This document shows positions 9,482-20,049 of a stretch of 64,000 nt of DNA, in pieces; the first letter of the stretch is position 1, and the number at the start of each line of letters is the position of its first letter. Made by a program: the position numbers and the translations under genes. This DNA comes from an uncultured Bacteroidales bacterium (GTDB lineage Bacteria > Bacteroidota > Bacteroidia > Bacteroidales > VadinHA17). Below the pieces are notes generated by a model, which did no database searches, was not told the origin of the DNA, and saw only the letters and a list, made by a program, of their open reading frames with translations. The DNA is taken from assembly GCA_963849945.1 (NCBI GenBank), contig CAWKJD010000015.1, forward strand, positions 194,673 through 258,672. The letters are read 5' to 3'.

Positions 9482-11570
9482 TTTTCTTTTTTCTTCTCAG
9501 GAGGATAAAGAAAATTATCAACACCGGAAGAAGCAGCAGCCACCACAGCCAGTCGTGTCCTTTATCCCCCGTTTTGCCTGTTGTGACCACCTTATTATTT
9601 ACAGATGGCGTTACAATTCTTGTTTCGGGCCTGACTGTATCCTGAATCTTCACTTTTTCACCGGCCACCGTTTCTGTTTTTGGACGTACCGGTATCTCGC
9701 GATACAATGGTCTGGCCTTAAGGGCAGGTGCAGACCGTGTCACTCTTGCAGTCACGGAAGCATGATTGTCAAAGCGGTCGGTGAGATTGAAGGTTATCCT
9801 GCTCTCGCCCGGAGGCGGAGGAAAGTTATATGTGAAAGTTGTATCGTTTATCAGATACTTCTCTGAACTCATGGTTGAATCCGGCGAAAGGACGTCAATG
9901 TCCAGTACCGATCTGTTTTCAACGATCAGGTTGAAAGGTACCGGCTCTGCTGAAGTAACATTAATTGCCGTGTCAGACAGTAATTTCAGTTGGGCAACAC
10001 CATCTGTGGGGTAAAGTGTAACAGGATCAATTTGTATTGTGTCGCTTTTACCGGTGACGGGTATTTCCCGGTTTTGCGATACTGTAAGGGCATCGTCAGA
10101 AGTGAAAATGAACCTGTACGATCCCTGAGGCAGCATGAAGGAATAAATTCCGGTGGCCGGATTGGTAAGGGCAGTTATCTCCCTCTTTGTGTCGAGGCTG
10201 TTGACGGCTGAGATCTTAACAGGCTGCTGAAACTCGCTCAGGAGGTTGTTAATGCCTGCTCTTCCTGTTATAATAAAGTTGCGCGGATTGAGGTCCGAGT
10301 AGATATCATATCTGTAGATATCCATCTTGCCGTACCCGTCAGAGGAGAATTTTGACAGATAACCTCTGTTGCCTTTACCGACAGGCACGAAGAAGAGATC
10401 ATCATCTGTGGTATTGACGGGGTATCCGAGGTTGACCGGGGTTCCCCATTCACCTTTCTCATCAAGGTCAGATCTGAAGATATCATATCCTCCCATGTTA
10501 TAATGGCCCCGTGAGCTGAAGAAGAGCGTACGGTCATTATTTGCAAGGAATGGTGTCTCTTCATTATATACTGTATTGATTTCTGGTCCAAGGTTCACTG
10601 CCGGACCCCAGTCACCTGTGCTGTCGCGTTCGGAGACAAAGATGTCAAGGCCACCGATACTTTCCTTCCTGTTGCTCGTAAAATAGATCTTCTTACCGTC
10701 ATTCGACAGTGATGCGGATGACTCCCAGTATTTCGTATTAATGTTGTCATTCAGTCTTTTTACATCGCTCCATTGATCGCCGGACAACTTACTTTCATAA
10801 ATATTTCCGTCATACCTGTCAATCCTGTAAAGCAGTAATGTTTTTCCGTCTCCGGTAAGTGACGAAGTATAATAATCCTGGTCAATGCCGAGTTCCGGAG
10901 TCAGGTTTAACGGATTGGTCCATCGTCCGTCCTTCATCACCGACCAGAAGACGGCGTCATAGAACTGTAACTCACGGGTGAACAGCAACGATTTCTCATC
11001 AGCTGAGATTACCGGATTGAATTCAGAGAAACGCTGGTTTATAACATCACCGAGGTTTTTCTCAACGATATAAACAGGTTTTCTCATCAAATCGCGGGCA
11101 TGATAGCAGGTTTCAATCTGAAATCTGACCAGGCTTGTATCATAGACTTCCGGATCGACTTCCTTCATGAACAAACCGTATGTTTCAATAGCCTTGTCAA
11201 GTTCATTGCCGATCTGGTATGCATTTGCAAGGTAATAGAGTGCATCATAAGGTGCACCTGTCTCACGGAATTTCCCCTTCCGGTATTGCGGATTTATATT
11301 CTGAACCGCTGTCTCCAGAAAGGAGATTGATTTATCCTTTTCTCCGGAGGTGTTCAGATAACATTGTCCGACCCTGTAATAGTAATTATAGTTTTCAGGG
11401 AAGAACTGCAGGAGGTTAAGGTATTTCGGAAGGGCTTCAGCGTAATCTTCAAAGAGTATATCTCCTTCCGCAGAGATGAACATCTCCCGAAGTTCGCTTC
11501 TCGTCTGGCCTGCGAGAGAGACAGTGCACATCAAAGTCAGCGCATACAGGAGATTTTTAGCTCTTCTCAT
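9459..11570 (-). CDS. TPR + TolB-like beta-propeller protein with extra Ig/CarboxypepD_reg-like region and a C-terminal transmembrane anchor (paralog 3 of 3)
   Basis: 703 aa with signal peptide MRRAKNLLYALTLMCTVSLAGQ. It has the same TPR/PD40 motif series as the other paralogs. It then has about 200 additional aa (TGIYSFMLPQGSYRFIFTSDD). It ends in HDWLWWLLLLPVLIIFFILLRRKKKNEEKDKA. Confidence 0.7.
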   Translation of the reverse strand: MRRAKNLLYALTLMCTVSLAGQTRSELREMFISAEGDILFEDYAEALPKYLNLLQFFPENYNYYYRVGQCYLNTSGEKDKSISFLETAVQNINPQYRKGKFRETGAPYDALYYLANAYQIGNELDKAIETYGLFMKEVDPEVYDTSLVRFQIETCYHARDLMRKPVYIVEKNLGDVINQRFSEFNPVISADEKSLLFTRELQFYDAVFWSVMKDGRWTNPLNLTPELGIDQDYYTSSLTGDGKTLLLYRIDRYDGNIYESKLSGDQWSDVKRLNDNINTKYWESSASLSNDGKKIYFTSNRKESIGGLDIFVSERDSTGDWGPAVNLGPEINTVYNEETPFLANNDRTLFFSSRGHYNMGGYDIFRSDLDEKGEWGTPVNLGYPVNTTDDDLFFVPVGKGNRGYLSKFSSDGYGKMDIYRYDIYSDLNPRNFIITGRAGINNLLSEFQQPVKISAVNSLDTKREITALTNPATGIYSFMLPQGSYRFIFTSDDALTVSQNREIPVTGKSDTIQIDPVTLYPTDGVAQLKLLSDTAINVTSAEPVPFNLIVENRSVLDIDVLSPDSTMSSEKYLINDTTFTYNFPPPPGESRITFNLTDRFDNHASVTARVTRSAPALKARPLYREIPVRPKTETVAGEKVKIQDTVRPETRIVTPSVNNKVVTTGKTGDKGHDWLWWLLLLPVLIIFFILLRRKKKNEEKDKA

Positions 11571-11657
11571 TCAGGCGGTTAGTTTTCTTAAAGAGACTAA
11601 TATAAGAGAAATATTGTAAAAAGATGATATCCAACCTGTCCCTTTTAACAACAGGGC

Positions 11658-12518
11658 TCACTTTTTAATTAACCGCCTGATCCGTAGTGAGGTAATTGCG
11701 CCTGATTCAATGATAGTTACGACTGCTTTAACAGGAAGATGCCATAAAGATCCGAGATGCTTGCATGCGAAGATTTTCATTGCGTCGTAGAAGTGTCTCA
11801 GCGATGCCTCCCTGTCTGTCATGGCACTCCTGCCCTTAAAATGCGTGATGCGGACCCCGGGGAGGTAGTAATTGAAGAAACCTGCCTTTCTGATGCGCCA
11901 GCAGAGATCGATATCTTCACCATACATGAAAAAAGCAGTATCAAACAGCCCTGCTCTGTCAAGGGCTTCCCTGCGGATGAGCATAAACGCACCAGTAAGA
12001 ATATCAGCCTTGCATACCTCATATTCAGAAAGATGTCCAAGATAATATGCGTTGAAAAAAGCTGAGCGTGGAAAGAGCTTTCCTATCCCTGTTAACCTGA
12101 AAAATGATGTTACAGGCGATGGAAAACCCCTTTTTGATTCCGGCAGGAAATTTCCGTCACCGTTTACCATACGTGCTCCTGCAGCTCCTGCATCGGGATG
12201 TGCCCGCATGAAGGTCATGGCCACCTTAACTGCATCCGGTTCCACAACCGTGTCGGGGTTAAGGATCAGGACGAAATCGCCTGCTGAAGCCCTTATGCCC
12301 TTGTTGCATCCTGCCGCGTAACCCTCATTGCTCTCAGAGAGAATGAGCCTTACCTCCCTGAATTCGTCCCTGATCATTGCCACTGAACCATCAGACGAAC
12401 GGTTATCAACAACAATAATCTCACGGCTGATGCCGGCGGTTGCCGTAATCACTGAAGCCAGCGCCTGCCGGAGGTAGCTGCAGACATTATATGATATAAT
12501 TATTACGGAGAGCTCCAT
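11658..12518 (-). CDS. glycosyltransferase family 2
   Basis: N-terminus LSVIIISYNVCSYLRQAL..IIVVDNRSSDGS is the typical GT2 (GT-A) signature. A DxD-like ILNPDT motif is present. Confidence 0.75.
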   Translation of the reverse strand: MELSVIIISYNVCSYLRQALASVITATAGISREIIVVDNRSSDGSVAMIRDEFREVRLILSESNEGYAAGCNKGIRASAGDFVLILNPDTVVEPDAVKVAMTFMRAHPDAGAAGARMVNGDGNFLPESKRGFPSPVTSFFRLTGIGKLFPRSAFFNAYYLGHLSEYEVCKADILTGAFMLIRREALDRAGLFDTAFFMYGEDIDLCWRIRKAGFFNYYLPGVRITHFKGRSAMTDREASLRHFYDAMKIFACKHLGSLWHLPVKAVVTIIESGAITSLRIRRLIKK

Positions 12519-12523
12519 CGTTA

Positions 12524-13738
12524 TCAGATGGATTCCATCTCCTCCCGGATAGCTTCCGCCAGGCGGCTCACTCCCTTCCTTGTATCTTCCGGTCCAGAGA
12601 AGGAGAAGTTAATGCGCATCGTGTTCTGACCTTCGTTGTTACAGAAGAACACTGATCCACAGACAAAAACCACGTTCTTCTTTATTGCTCTCTCAAGCAA
12701 GCGTGCAGCATCCATTGATGGAGGCAGGGTGACGAAGAGGAAGAGGCCTCCCTCAGGCTCGGTCCATTTTACTCCTTCAGGCATGAATTCGCGGAAGCAC
12801 TTCAGCATATAATCACGCCTGTCACGGTACAGTGCAACAGTCTTTTTCAGATTGACATCCAGCAATCCCTGTTCCATATACCTGGCAGTTATCTTCTGAA
12901 CGAACGCAGGTGAACAGAGATCAGCCGATTGTTTGGCCGTGACAATTTTATCAATGATCTCGGGGTGGCCCACAACCCAGGCAAGCCTGAAACCAGGGGC
13001 GAGAATTTTGGAGAACGTACTCAAAGTGATTACCCTGCCGGATGTGTCAAGGGAAGACATAAGCGGCTGGGGCATGCCTTCAAAACGGACATCACGGTAC
13101 GGGCTGTCTTCCAGGATAATAAGGTCATATTTCTCAGCAATGTGTATGATCTCCAGACGGCGGGAGAGAGGAAGGGTTACACCGGTAGGATTCTGAAAGT
13201 CAGGAATAATATAGATGAATTTGACCACACTTTTTTCCTCTTTCAGCTTTATGATGCTTTTTTCAAGCAGGTCGGGCCGCATGCCCTGGTCGTCAAGGGG
13301 TATTCCCTTCAGCCTGGCCCCGTAAACCGAGAAAGCATTCAAACCGCCGAGATATGACGGCAAACCGCATAAAACAACGTCGCCCGGATTGATAAAGATC
13401 TTTCCGACCAGATCAAGAGCCTGCTGAGAACCTGTGGTGATTGCGATATTGTTAATGGTCAGGTTCAATCCATCTTTTTTATGACGCCCGACCAGCAGTG
13501 AGCGGAGCTTGTTGTCACCCTCAGTGGTGCTGTACTGGAGCGCTGCCGGTCCTTCCTCATCCAGGACTTCTGAACAGATTCTTTTTATGTCCTCTATCGG
13601 GAAAGAATCCGGGGATGGAAGTCCGCCGGCAAACGAGATCATCTCTGGCCTCTGCGTCACCTTGAGGATCTCGCGGATTGCCGATTTTTTCATCAGCTGC
13701 GATGAATTCGAAAAGAACCTGTCAAAAGTATTTGTCAT
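12524..13738 (-). CDS. PLP-dependent aminotransferase (class I/II fold, aspartate/2-aminoadipate aminotransferase-like)
   Basis: FAGGLPSPDSFP, YSTTEGDNKLR, the PLP-lysine context STFSKILAPGFRLAW, and RINFS near the C-terminus. I prefer the ATG at 13738 (MTNTFDRFF). The track start at 13816 is a GTG extension that abuts the recR stop codon. Confidence 0.75.
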   Translation of the reverse strand: MTNTFDRFFSNSSQLMKKSAIREILKVTQRPEMISFAGGLPSPDSFPIEDIKRICSEVLDEEGPAALQYSTTEGDNKLRSLLVGRHKKDGLNLTINNIAITTGSQQALDLVGKIFINPGDVVLCGLPSYLGGLNAFSVYGARLKGIPLDDQGMRPDLLEKSIIKLKEEKSVVKFIYIIPDFQNPTGVTLPLSRRLEIIHIAEKYDLIILEDSPYRDVRFEGMPQPLMSSLDTSGRVITLSTFSKILAPGFRLAWVVGHPEIIDKIVTAKQSADLCSPAFVQKITARYMEQGLLDVNLKKTVALYRDRRDYMLKCFREFMPEGVKWTEPEGGLFLFVTLPPSMDAARLLERAIKKNVVFVCGSVFFCNNEGQNTMRINFSFSGPEDTRKGVSRLAEAIREEMESI

Positions 13739-13816
13739 GATCTCCTGATTTTCATCAAATAAAACAAGATTTTCAGAATTAAAAAATGATAAAGAAGATA
13801 TAAAACCCCGTATCAC

Positions 13817-14440
13817 TCAACCCTGCGACGGCAGGGAAAAGGGTCTGCGGTTAACGATCGACTGGCCCAGGGTGATCTCGTCAGTATATTCAAGCACATC
13901 TCCTATTGCAACACCTCGTGCCAGAGTGGTGATACGGATATTGTACTGTGACAGTCGTTTAAAGATATAGAAATTGGTAGTGTCTCCCTCCATTGTAGTG
14001 CTGAGAGCAAGGATTATCTCCCTGACCTCTCCGTCACGCACCTTTTCCTCAAGCTTATTTATTGTAAGGTCTGATGGTCCTACGCCGTCAACGGGTGATA
14101 TGATACCGCCAAGGACGTGATAAAGACCTTTGTACTGCCTTGTGTTCTCAACAGCCATCACATCCTGAACATTTTCAACCACACAGATAAGGGATCTGTC
14201 TCTCCCGGGGTCGCTGCATATGTCACACACAGGTGTGTCACTGATGCCATGACAGATACTGCAGTAACACACATCATCACGGAGCCGTGTGACGGTGTCG
14301 CCAAAGCGCTTCACCTCTGCCCGGTCGCGCCTGAGCAGGTGCATGACCAGCCTGAAAGCGGTCTTGCGTCCTATGCCGGGCAGCGACGCAAACTCATTCA
14401 CGGCCTCCTCGAGAAGTTTTGAGGTGAATCTGGTTGACAT
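13817..14440 (-). CDS. recR: recombination protein RecR
   Basis: Helix-hairpin-helix [13 protein letters not shown]4 zinc finger [16 protein letters not shown], and a Toprim-like segment [10 protein letters not shown]. The ATG at 14440 gives about 207 aa, which is typical. The track start at 14536 adds 32 atypical residues. Confidence 0.85.
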   Translation of the reverse strand: MSTRFTSKLLEEAVNEFASLPGIGRKTAFRLVMHLLRRDRAEVKRFGDTVTRLRDDVCYCSICHGISDTPVCDICSDPGRDRSLICVVENVQDVMAVENTRQYKGLYHVLGGIISPVDGVGPSDLTINKLEEKVRDGEVREIILALSTTMEGDTTNFYIFKRLSQYNIRITTLARGVAIGDVLEYTDEITLGQSIVNRRPFSLPSQG

Positions 14441-14548
14441 AAAATTCCTTTGGGACAAAAATAGTTCAATTATTTCCTGCAAACCTTCCTGAGAGATAAT
14501 TTTTATCTGCAATCTTTTTAGTATCCTTGCAGACATGTTTTTCGGAAA

Positions 14549-16018
14549 ATGACACCGGCACTCATTCTCACTATTTTTATAATTTACACAACAGTGCTTT
14601 TTACGGTGACCTGGATCACCGCCCGGAAAGCTAACAACCAGTCGTTCTATATCGGTAACAAGATCTCCCCATGGTATGTGGTTGCATACGGCATGATCGG
14701 CGCTTCACTGTCAGGCGTGACTTTCATGTCAGTCCCGGGCTGGGTGGGAGAAACGCAGTTCAGCTATATGGTTGTTGCCTTCGGTTACTTCTTCGGGTAT
14801 ATTGTGATCGCACTGGTGCTGATGCCACTGTATTACAGGCTGAAACTGACCTCCATTTACAGTTACCTTGAACAGCGCTTCGGCTTCTGGTCATATAAGA
14901 CCGGGGCCGGATTCTTCATATTATCAAGGGTGCTGGGAGCATCTCTTCGTATGTTTCTTGTAATCAATGTGCTGCAGATATTTGTTTTTGACGCATGGAA
15001 TATCCCTTTCTGGATTAATGTAGCGATTTTCATCATGCTGATAATACTGTATACGCTGAAGGGGGGTATCAGGACAATTATATGGACTGACACTCTTCAG
15101 ACGACCTTCATGCTTCTTGCAGTGGTTCTTTCCGTTGTTTATATCAGCCGGGAGCTCGGATCACCTGTCTTTAAGCTGGCGCGGGAAGTGACTGACAGCG
15201 ATATTTCGCGGATGATAATCACCGACTGGCATCATCCCCGTTTCTTCCTGAAGCAGTTCTTCAGCGGGATGTTCATCACAATTACCATGACCGGTCTTGA
15301 TCAGGAAATGATGCAGAAGAACCTGAGTATCCGCAACCTGAAAGACGCTCAGAAAAACATGTTCACGTTCAGCACGATTAATATGTTCGTTGTATTTCTT
15401 TTCCTTGTGCTGGGCGCCTTCCTTCTGATCTTTGCACGGGAAAAGGGAGTCAGCGTTGCATTGACCGATGATCTCTTCCCGACGATAGCTTTCAACTATC
15501 TTGGTCCCGCAGCAGGCGTTGTATTTCTTGTAGGGCTGATTTCAGCGGCCTTTCCAAGCGCTGACGGCGCCCTCACGTCTCTGACGACCTGTTTTAGCAT
15601 CGACTTCCTCGGGCTGGAAAAAAGAAGGGACATAGATGACTCAAAAAAAACCAGGATCAGGTATGCTGTTCATCTTGCATTTGCCGTCGTATTTTTTATA
15701 TGTATACTGATCTTCAGGCAGATGAATGACAGGGCCATCATTGATAAGCTTTTTACAATTGCCGGCTATACGTACGGACCCCTGCTGGGACTTTATACCT
15801 TTGGCCTGTTCACGCACAGGAAGGTGAATGACAGGATCACACCGTGGATAGCAATCCTTTCGCCGGTCGCATGTTATATTCTTAATCTCTTTTCCGAAGA
15901 GCTCTTTAACGGCTATAAATTCGGATTTGAGATGCTACTGGTAAATGGGTTTCTGACATTTATGGGGCTGCTTGTCTTCAGCAGGAAGGATGAGTTAAAG
16001 CCGTCCGCCCGGAAGTGA
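14549..16018 (+). CDS. sodium:solute symporter family transporter
   Basis: 489-aa polytopic membrane protein. The N-terminus resembles the SSS family ([40 protein letters not shown]). Confidence 0.7.
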   Translation: MTPALILTIFIIYTTVLFTVTWITARKANNQSFYIGNKISPWYVVAYGMIGASLSGVTFMSVPGWVGETQFSYMVVAFGYFFGYIVIALVLMPLYYRLKLTSIYSYLEQRFGFWSYKTGAGFFILSRVLGASLRMFLVINVLQIFVFDAWNIPFWINVAIFIMLIILYTLKGGIRTIIWTDTLQTTFMLLAVVLSVVYISRELGSPVFKLAREVTDSDISRMIITDWHHPRFFLKQFFSGMFITITMTGLDQEMMQKNLSIRNLKDAQKNMFTFSTINMFVVFLFLVLGAFLLIFAREKGVSVALTDDLFPTIAFNYLGPAAGVVFLVGLISAAFPSADGALTSLTTCFSIDFLGLEKRRDIDDSKKTRIRYAVHLAFAVVFFICILIFRQMNDRAIIDKLFTIAGYTYGPLLGLYTFGLFTHRKVNDRITPWIAILSPVACYILNLFSEELFNGYKFGFEMLLVNGFLTFMGLLVFSRKDELKPSARK

Positions 16019-16756
16019 TGAAGGTGTTACCGGCGGGTTCTCAACTCCCTCTTGATTTTCCTCTTCAGTTGGCACAGGTTTAGGTTTAATAATCACCCTG
16101 ATTTTCTTGTAGGGGATGGAGAAAGAGATGTAATACTCGGCTCCTGTTGTTATGCCTGATGTGGCATCACCGTAGCCAGGCATCCATATAGGTTTCAGAT
16201 CAGGGCCTGCTCCCGCACTGATAAGGACTCTCAGGTAGAGGTTCCACCCTATGGTGACACCCCGGAAAAGCTCAGCACGCACTCCCGGAGTGAACTCAAG
16301 AAAATGTCCGGTATAGTGAGAGAGAGGGATTGAAGATTCACCTCCTCCCCATGCATTTGTATATTTGATGCCGGCAGCTTCCTGGCTGTAAAAACTGAGT
16401 CCGTACCTGAAACCGATGCCTGCAAAATATCTGCCCTGTCCGACTTTGGGTTTAACGTAGTTGTAGTCAGGACCGATGACAAAACTTGTACCGTGACTCT
16501 GGAAACTGAAATTGTATTTCGTTGATGAGAATGAAGTATATCTCGCCCCGACATTTACGGAGAGGTTCTGGTTAAGATCCACAGAGCCCAGAACACCGTA
16601 GGTGGCGAGGTTATTATTTATTAAATGCATGACGGGACCTGAAAGATCAAAGCCTGCCCGTATATGCAGCGGAACTGTAACAGTATCCTGTGACATCACC
16701 CGGCTGCCCAGGAGGAGAAAAAGACTAAAAAAACAGATGCAGGTTCCTTTTGCCAT
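15995..16756 (-). CDS. hypothetical outer-membrane beta-barrel-like protein
   Basis: Signal peptide plus alternating beta-strand-like sequence rich in G/Y/F. The tail is Pro-rich. The 3' end overlaps the converging symporter gene by 24 nt. Confidence 0.5.
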   Translation of the reverse strand: MAKGTCICFFSLFLLLGSRVMSQDTVTVPLHIRAGFDLSGPVMHLINNNLATYGVLGSVDLNQNLSVNVGARYTSFSSTKYNFSFQSHGTSFVIGPDYNYVKPKVGQGRYFAGIGFRYGLSFYSQEAAGIKYTNAWGGGESSIPLSHYTGHFLEFTPGVRAELFRGVTIGWNLYLRVLISAGAGPDLKPIWMPGYGDATSGITTGAEYYISFSIPYKKIRVIIKPKPVPTEEENQEGVENPPVTPSSLPGGRL

Positions 16757-17204
16757 TCAGGTTTACGCTGTTATTCTCAATCATGAGTGTGTCAATGATG
16801 TTATGTGTTGTTTTCAGCCCGGTAAGCTCACTGACAAATGTGTAGCCGCATTCCGCAGAGACAAGGTGAGGCGAACGTTCATATGTTATGACCACCGTGT
16901 CTGTAATTCCGTTAAGGACTATGTAAAATGTTGTTATGTCATTTCCCGGATCAAGAGGTACCGAGAAGAACGAAACGGATTTTGTATCCACAAAATCGAT
17001 CGTGTCAGTAGCAGTCATTCCTTTCACAATTAGGCTTACGCATGAAGTGTCGTGACCCGTACCGTTGGCCAGGAATGAGGTGTTCAGCAACGGGTTGGTA
17101 TCATCATAACAGGCCTTTCCGGAACAGGAATCCAGTGCCAGAATCAGTATCAGGGCAGCGCCGACAAGTGATATGGACCATATCGTTTTCATACCGGACA
17201 GCAA
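16725..17204 (-). CDS. hypothetical lipoprotein
   Basis: Signal peptide with a lipobox-like LALDSC. It overlaps the downstream beta-barrel-like gene by 32 nt, suggesting an operon pair. Confidence 0.5.
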   Translation of the reverse strand: MLSGMKTIWSISLVGAALILILALDSCSGKACYDDTNPLLNTSFLANGTGHDTSCVSLIVKGMTATDTIDFVDTKSVSFFSVPLDPGNDITTFYIVLNGITDTVVITYERSPHLVSAECGYTFVSELTGLKTTHNIIDTLMIENNSVNLNGKRNLHLFF

Positions 17205-17302
17205 AGGTATAAAAATAAAGGAAGGTTATGTGCAGGATTGAGTAACCTCCAATACAGGCATAAATTGCTTTCAGAATTTCGGCAGGTTCTGATATGGGTG
17301 TT

Positions 17303-19939
17303 CTAAAGTGCTATGTTAATGAGTGCAACGGCTTTTTCGATGGCGTCATTCAGACCTTCAGGCTTTTTACCGCCAGCTGTTGCAAGGAAGGGTTGTCCGC
17401 CTCCGCCTCCGTTTATCGAGGCTGAAACGGCCTTGATAAGCTCAACGGCATTTAGTCCTGAGCTTTTGATGGTCTCATCTCCCAATGCGATAAGAAGTGA
17501 GGCTTTGCCTTCATTTTCAGAACCTATAACTACTGCGCTTTTATTGTCAGACTGTCTGATCTGGTGGGCAATGTTTTTAAGCGTCTCGGCATTTAAATCT
17601 TCAAGAATGCCCGAGTAAATGTTACACCTGCCTGAGGTTACGGCGTTTTGGGCAAGCTGGTTACGGGCAGCAACTGCGGCTGCATTCTGCATCTTTTCAA
17701 TTGTATGTCTCAGGGAGGTGTTCTCGGTCATCAGTTTTGAAACATTGACCGCAGGATTCCCTGTACTTCTGAGAAGGAGTGTTATCTCATCGAGGTTCTT
17801 TAACTTCTCATTTATATATGACAGGGCTTTCCGGCCTGTCACGGCTTCGATGCGTCTTACGCCGGCAGCTACAGCGCCCTCTGAGATAATCTTGAAGAGG
17901 CCTATCACTGAAGTGCTCTGAACATGAGTCCCGCCACAAAGTTCAACGGAATCTCCGAATGACACCACCCTGACTTTTTCACCGTATTTCTCTCCGAACA
18001 GTGCCATTGCACCCATTGCCAGTGCTTCTGCGACAGGGATCTCATCATGCACCTCCGAAATGATGTTCTTCATGATCATGTCGTTGACTTTTTGTTCGAC
18101 AGAGGTAAGCTCTTCAGAAGTCAGCTGCCTGAAATGGCTGAAATCGAACCTTAGCTTCTCAGGGGTCACCAGTGATCCCTTTTGTTCGACATGCTTTCCA
18201 AGCACCTGACGCAGCGCGTGATGCATAAGGTGAGTGGCCGTATGATTATTGGCTGTCTGCTGCCTGGCTTCACGGTCGACTGTGGCAGTGAAGAGCTGTA
18301 ACGGGTCTGAGGGCACTTTTGCGGCAATATGGATGGTGAGGTTATTCTCTTTTATAGTGTCGCTTATTGCAATCTTTTCATTTTCAGAGGAAATAAATCC
18401 CTTATCCCCGACCTGTCCCCCGGACTCGGCATAAAATGGCGTTCTGTCAAATACAAGTTGAACAGCATCCCGGCCCCGGGCATTCACCTTCCGATAGCGC
18501 GCAATACGTACCGAGTCTTCGGTATGATCGTAACCGGTAAACACCGTTTTTTCAATATCATGTATTACCTCCCAGTCTCCGGCCGTGATGACAGCGTCGT
18601 CTCTTGACCGTTCTTTCTGGGCATTGAGTTCACGGGTGAACGCTGCCTCATCAAGTGTCATCATATTTTCCTTTAAAATCAGCTGGGTCAGGTCCACAGG
18701 GAATCCGTATGTGTCGAAAAGTTCAAAAGCATCGCTGCCGGGGAAGATATACCTTCCTTCCTTCTTCAACGCATCCACTCTGCGCTCTATCATCTTAAGC
18801 CCTTTACCAAGGGTTTTCAGGAATGCCTGTTCCTCTTCGAAAATGACCCTGGTGATGATCTCCTTCTGAGCTGACAGCTCGGGATATTGTGATCCCATTA
18901 CAGTTATAAGCGTCGGTATAAGCTTATAGATGAATGGTTCCGTCATCTCAAGCGATGTGTACCCGTACCGCACTGCCCTGCGCAGGATTCTCCTGATAAC
19001 GTAACCGGCCTTGTTATTTGAGGGCAGCTGGCCGTCGGCAATTGAAAAAGCTACAGTGCGCAGGTGGTCAGCGATGACGCGGTGTGCTATGTCCCAGGAT
19101 TCTTTTTCACCGTACGGTTTGCCTGTGACAGAGGCTGTGCTGGCAATAATAGGCTGGAAGATGTCGGTATCATAGTTCGATTTCTTTCCCTGGATCACCA
19201 TGCAGAGACGTTCAAATCCCATGCCTGTATCGACATGCCTTTCAGGCAGCAGTTCAAGCTCACCGCCTGCCTTGCGGTTGTACTGTATAAATACGAGGTT
19301 CCAGATCTCTATGACATGGGGGTGTCCCTCATTCACAAGCAGATGACCCTGCTTCGCTTTGCGTTCACTGTCAGACCTTAAATCGACGTGTATCTCGGAA
19401 CATGGTCCGCAGGGGCCTGTCTCACCCATTTCCCAGAAGTTGTCTTTCTTCGATCCTTCAATAATATGGTTTTCCGGATCTGAGAAGCATTTTTTCCAGT
19501 GCTCAGCGGCCTCATCATCACGGGGTACGTCCTCGTCAGGACTGCCCTCAAAGACAGTCGCGTAAATTCTGTCTTCAGGTATGTTAAGACGAACGGTAAG
19601 AAATTCCCATGCCCAGCTTATTGCTTCCTTCTTGAAATAATCTCCGAAAGACCAGTTTCCAAGCATCTCGAACATCGTATGGTGATAGGTATCAAGACCT
19701 ACTTCTTCCAGGTCATTATGCTTGCCAGACACACGGAGACACTTCTGTGAGTTAGCCACTCTTTTAAAGGCTGCCGGCTGATTTCCAAGGAATATATCCT
19801 TGAACTGGTTCATGCCGGCGTTGGTAAACATGAGTGTCGGGTCATTCTTGATCACCATCGGCGCCGATGGTACAATTTTATGTTGTTTGGATCTGAAAAA
19901 ACTGAGAAATTCCTCTCTGATCGCCGCTGCCTTCATCAT
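17303..19939 (-). CDS. alaS: alanine--tRNA ligase
   Basis: 878 aa. N-terminus IREEFLSFFRSKQHKIVPSAPMV..DPTLMFTNAGMNQFKD. Editing-domain HxxxH (HTATHLMHHAL). C-terminal DHHA1-like GGGGGQPFLATAGG. Confidence 0.95.
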   Translation of the reverse strand: MMKAAAIREEFLSFFRSKQHKIVPSAPMVIKNDPTLMFTNAGMNQFKDIFLGNQPAAFKRVANSQKCLRVSGKHNDLEEVGLDTYHHTMFEMLGNWSFGDYFKKEAISWAWEFLTVRLNIPEDRIYATVFEGSPDEDVPRDDEAAEHWKKCFSDPENHIIEGSKKDNFWEMGETGPCGPCSEIHVDLRSDSERKAKQGHLLVNEGHPHVIEIWNLVFIQYNRKAGGELELLPERHVDTGMGFERLCMVIQGKKSNYDTDIFQPIIASTASVTGKPYGEKESWDIAHRVIADHLRTVAFSIADGQLPSNNKAGYVIRRILRRAVRYGYTSLEMTEPFIYKLIPTLITVMGSQYPELSAQKEIITRVIFEEEQAFLKTLGKGLKMIERRVDALKKEGRYIFPGSDAFELFDTYGFPVDLTQLILKENMMTLDEAAFTRELNAQKERSRDDAVITAGDWEVIHDIEKTVFTGYDHTEDSVRIARYRKVNARGRDAVQLVFDRTPFYAESGGQVGDKGFISSENEKIAISDTIKENNLTIHIAAKVPSDPLQLFTATVDREARQQTANNHTATHLMHHALRQVLGKHVEQKGSLVTPEKLRFDFSHFRQLTSEELTSVEQKVNDMIMKNIISEVHDEIPVAEALAMGAMALFGEKYGEKVRVVSFGDSVELCGGTHVQSTSVIGLFKIISEGAVAAGVRRIEAVTGRKALSYINEKLKNLDEITLLLRSTGNPAVNVSKLMTENTSLRHTIEKMQNAAAVAARNQLAQNAVTSGRCNIYSGILEDLNAETLKNIAHQIRQSDNKSAVVIGSENEGKASLLIALGDETIKSSGLNAVELIKAVSASINGGGGGQPFLATAGGKKPEGLNDAIEKAVALINIAL

Positions 19940-19976
19940 AAGCTTCCCACAATGTTAAATTTCAAATAGTTTGGGG

Positions 19977-20008
19977 TTTGTAAAATTAATTCATTTATTT
20001 TACGTTTG
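19977..20008 (+). promoter_or_regulatory. Bacteroidetes-type promoter for M23 peptidase A
   Basis: TTTG (19977-19980), a 20-nt spacer, then TACGTTTG (20001-20008, which fits TAnnTTTG). It lies 42 nt upstream of the ATG at 20050. Confidence 0.65.
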
Positions 20009-20049
20009 TTTAATGTCAATCAAAATAGTCGTAACTTTCTGAACTACTG

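Noticed and set aside
9378-10211. Plus-strand ORFs of 71-162 aa.
   Set aside because: They are antisense to the second and third TPR/propeller paralogs. No motifs are present.
13739-14536. Longer track starts for the aminotransferase (13816) and recR (14536).
   Set aside because: The extensions add residues that are atypical for the families. One is a GTG abutting the neighbouring stop codon. The internal ATGs at 13738 and 14440 give canonical N-termini.
16602-17033. 143-aa plus-strand ORF.
   Set aside because: It is antisense to the lipoprotein/beta-barrel gene pair. Its Cys/Arg-rich sequence is not protein-like.
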